In this document: piece after piece, positions 61,401 through 64,000 of the stretch
Layout: each line of letters starts with the position of its first letter
How positions within the stretch are numbered: the stretch's first letter is position 1
Assembly: GCA_002269645.1 (NCBI GenBank)
Contig: NIVC01000157.1
Coordinates: 124,001 to 188,000, forward strand
Direction: 5' to 3'
Length of the DNA stretch: 64,000 nt
DNA from: Macrostomum lignano
Lineage: Eukaryota
The notes under the pieces: generated by a model
What the model was told of the DNA's origin: nothing
The model's database searches: none
The model's input: only the letters and a program-made list of their open reading frames with translations
Position numbers and translations under genes: made by a program

Positions 61401-61552
61401 GGCAGCTGCTCATAGGCCGTGGCGTCATCCTCATTGAGCTGAGGATCGGCATGAGGGTCTCCGGCGCTTCCTGCCGGATCTCTGACGATTTTGTCAAGTT
61501 CATCTGCTGCCGCCGCCTGACTGCTGCTGCTGCTGCTCCCAGCGGGTTCCAT
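58449..61552 (-). CDS. Universal stress protein A-like (USP domain), 211 aa; exons 61552-61193 and 58724-58449
   Basis: RTVLLAVD.. and VVVVSSRGLGKMKRVVLGSTTDHVLQHSLRPVLVVP are USP hallmarks; phase-0 GT-AG intron; 636-nt CDS. Confidence 0.92.
58750..61155. repeat. 12-bp minisatellite (tgcaactgtga[t/c])n, 2.4 kb, filling the USP intron
   Basis: About 200 copies punctuated by tgcaatattg units. Confidence 0.98.
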
Positions 61553-61794
61553 TGTTGCAGAGTTTAACGAGGCAATATCCGGTGTGACTGGAAATATTCA
61601 TATGGTATGCACATTTTCTGCTTTGTTATTCAATTATCGACACATATCGGCATTGCGAACTTGACATGCTGATCCTGGTAGAATGAATGCCTTCGGAAAA
61701 TCCAAACTCAAGATCCTCAATACTACACAAAATTGCAATAAAAATGGCTTATGAAATCCAAATGAGTTCCTGATGAAAACACAATGAAATTACT

Positions 61795-62240
61795 ATGAGA
61801 TCCCTTTGAAATCCATATGAGATTCCTATGAGATCCCTACGAGATACCTATGAGATCCCTATGAGATCCCTATGAGATCCCTATGAAATCCCTACGAGAT
61901 ACCTATGAGATGGCTATGAGATCCCTATGAGATAACTATTAGATCCCTATGAGATACCTATTAGATCATTATGAGATGCCTATTAGATCATTATGAGATC
62001 CCTATGAGATCCTTCCTTATGCGATCCCTATGAGATTCTTATGAGATCCCTATGAGATCCTTATGAGATCCTTATGAGATCCCTATGAGATCCCTATGAG
62101 ACCCTTATGAGACCCTTATGAGATCCTTATGAGATTCCTATGCGATCCTTATGAGATCCCTATGCGATCCTTATGAGATCCCTATGCGATCCTTATGAGA
62201 TCTCTATGAGATCCCTATGAGATCCTTATGAGATCCCTAT
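61795..62240. repeat. 10-11-bp minisatellite (atgagatccct)n
   Basis: About 40 degenerate copies. Confidence 0.94.
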
Positions 62241-63384
62241 GAATATGCAACTGGAAGCCCTCATAAAGCCTCACGAAACCATCATCTCATAGTCCTAACA
62301 CTGAACTATAAAAAATAAAAAATATACATTGAATGAATAATCACAAAGACCAAACAAGGATATAATAATATTTTACACCCGTTTACAAATTATTAATAAA
62401 AGTAAACAGTCAACACACAAACTGTGTTACATAAGACAATTGAGTTGGTAACTAGACTTATATTCCCTATCTAATCATATAGATATGCACATGAGATACA
62501 TTGCGGGCCAGAACGGGACATAAACACGGGAGCAGAGGGTGCAGAGGGTGAGAATTGGCTTTGAACAAGCGGTTAAATTGCAGACAAGAGGTGAAAAGAA
62601 ATACAAGGTGACTGAACAACAGAGCTAGTATATGCATGAATAATATAAAATATGAGTGACACTGGATGCCAAGATTGACAAAAAATTATGATAGACTAAA
62701 AATAAAACTGCAGACAACAATGCATTGCGGATTCGAATAAATAAATAGAAATAGTATATCATGATAATAATATTTAAAACTTGTATAAATAAAACACGGG
62801 GACAATAAAAATCCGATTAAGAAAGCTGAGCGCCAATAAATAGCGGTGCATGCTCACTTCAAGGTTATTAGTCAAACAATTTTTAAAGATTATGCAACAA
62901 AAAAAACAGAATTGATTGTTGACCGATCTCTTAGAAACACAAATATTTAGTAGACGTGCAGAAAAAAAGCAAATATATTTTCATATTTCTACTTACAGTA
63001 GACTGATGCGGACAGTAGTATATATTAATAAAAAAAATTTTAACACAGAAAAGCGTGAGTAGAGATTAGCCAGCTACTTGAACAGATTTCATATTCATAT
63101 ATGCGTATATCTTACAACAATGCCAGTTGAAAAGAAACAGCAAAAAAATTATTACCAAATATTTACAATTTAAGCAAACAAAAAACACGCAGAAAAACAA
63201 CAAACACGACTAAAAAAGCAAATAGTCAAAGTTGCTTGATTTATTTTTGTCAATTGCACAGAATCTACAGTTAAATTAAAACACAAACACATTGCCAACG
63301 AGGATAAACACCTGGCCATAATAGGTAATATTAATAACAATAATAAAATTTCGGATTCGAACCCGCGTCCCTCGCAGTCTCAAG

Positions 63385-64000
<616 letters not shown>

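Overview
Repeat-rich animal genomic DNA with spliceosomal introns and GC-rich exons. The gene content (eIF1, CCDC24, Groucho, an animal USP) and satellite-filled introns suggest a lophotrochozoan, possibly a free-living flatworm such as Macrostomum; this is inference. Roughly 40% of the window is micro- or minisatellite, including one 8.3-kb 17-bp array. Genes assembled by hand from GT-AG sites and frame continuity: a 5-finger C2H2 protein (-), CCDC24 (+, 4 exons), an uncharacterised 532-aa protein (-, 2 exons), a 115-aa neuropeptide prepro-precursor (+, 3 exons, not visible in the ORF track), a small single-pass membrane protein (+), a tyrosine-motif-rich terminal exon (+) that can be spliced in frame to that membrane protein, eIF1/SUI1 (+), a universal stress protein (-) and the last exon of Groucho/TLE (-). 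Degenerate sequences include a Mab-21/cGAS-like pseudogene and a piggyBac transposase split by an insertion. Mobile elements include nested hAT MITEs, a CACTA-type element with a nested tRNA-SINE, a LINE fragment and a probable solo LTR. The most interesting leads are the neuropeptide precursor, the candidate ITIM/YxN transmembrane adaptor, the cGLR pseudogene beside a piggyBac, and a shared GGCGCY core across many unrelated minisatellites. No prokaryote-type system or CRISPR array is present.
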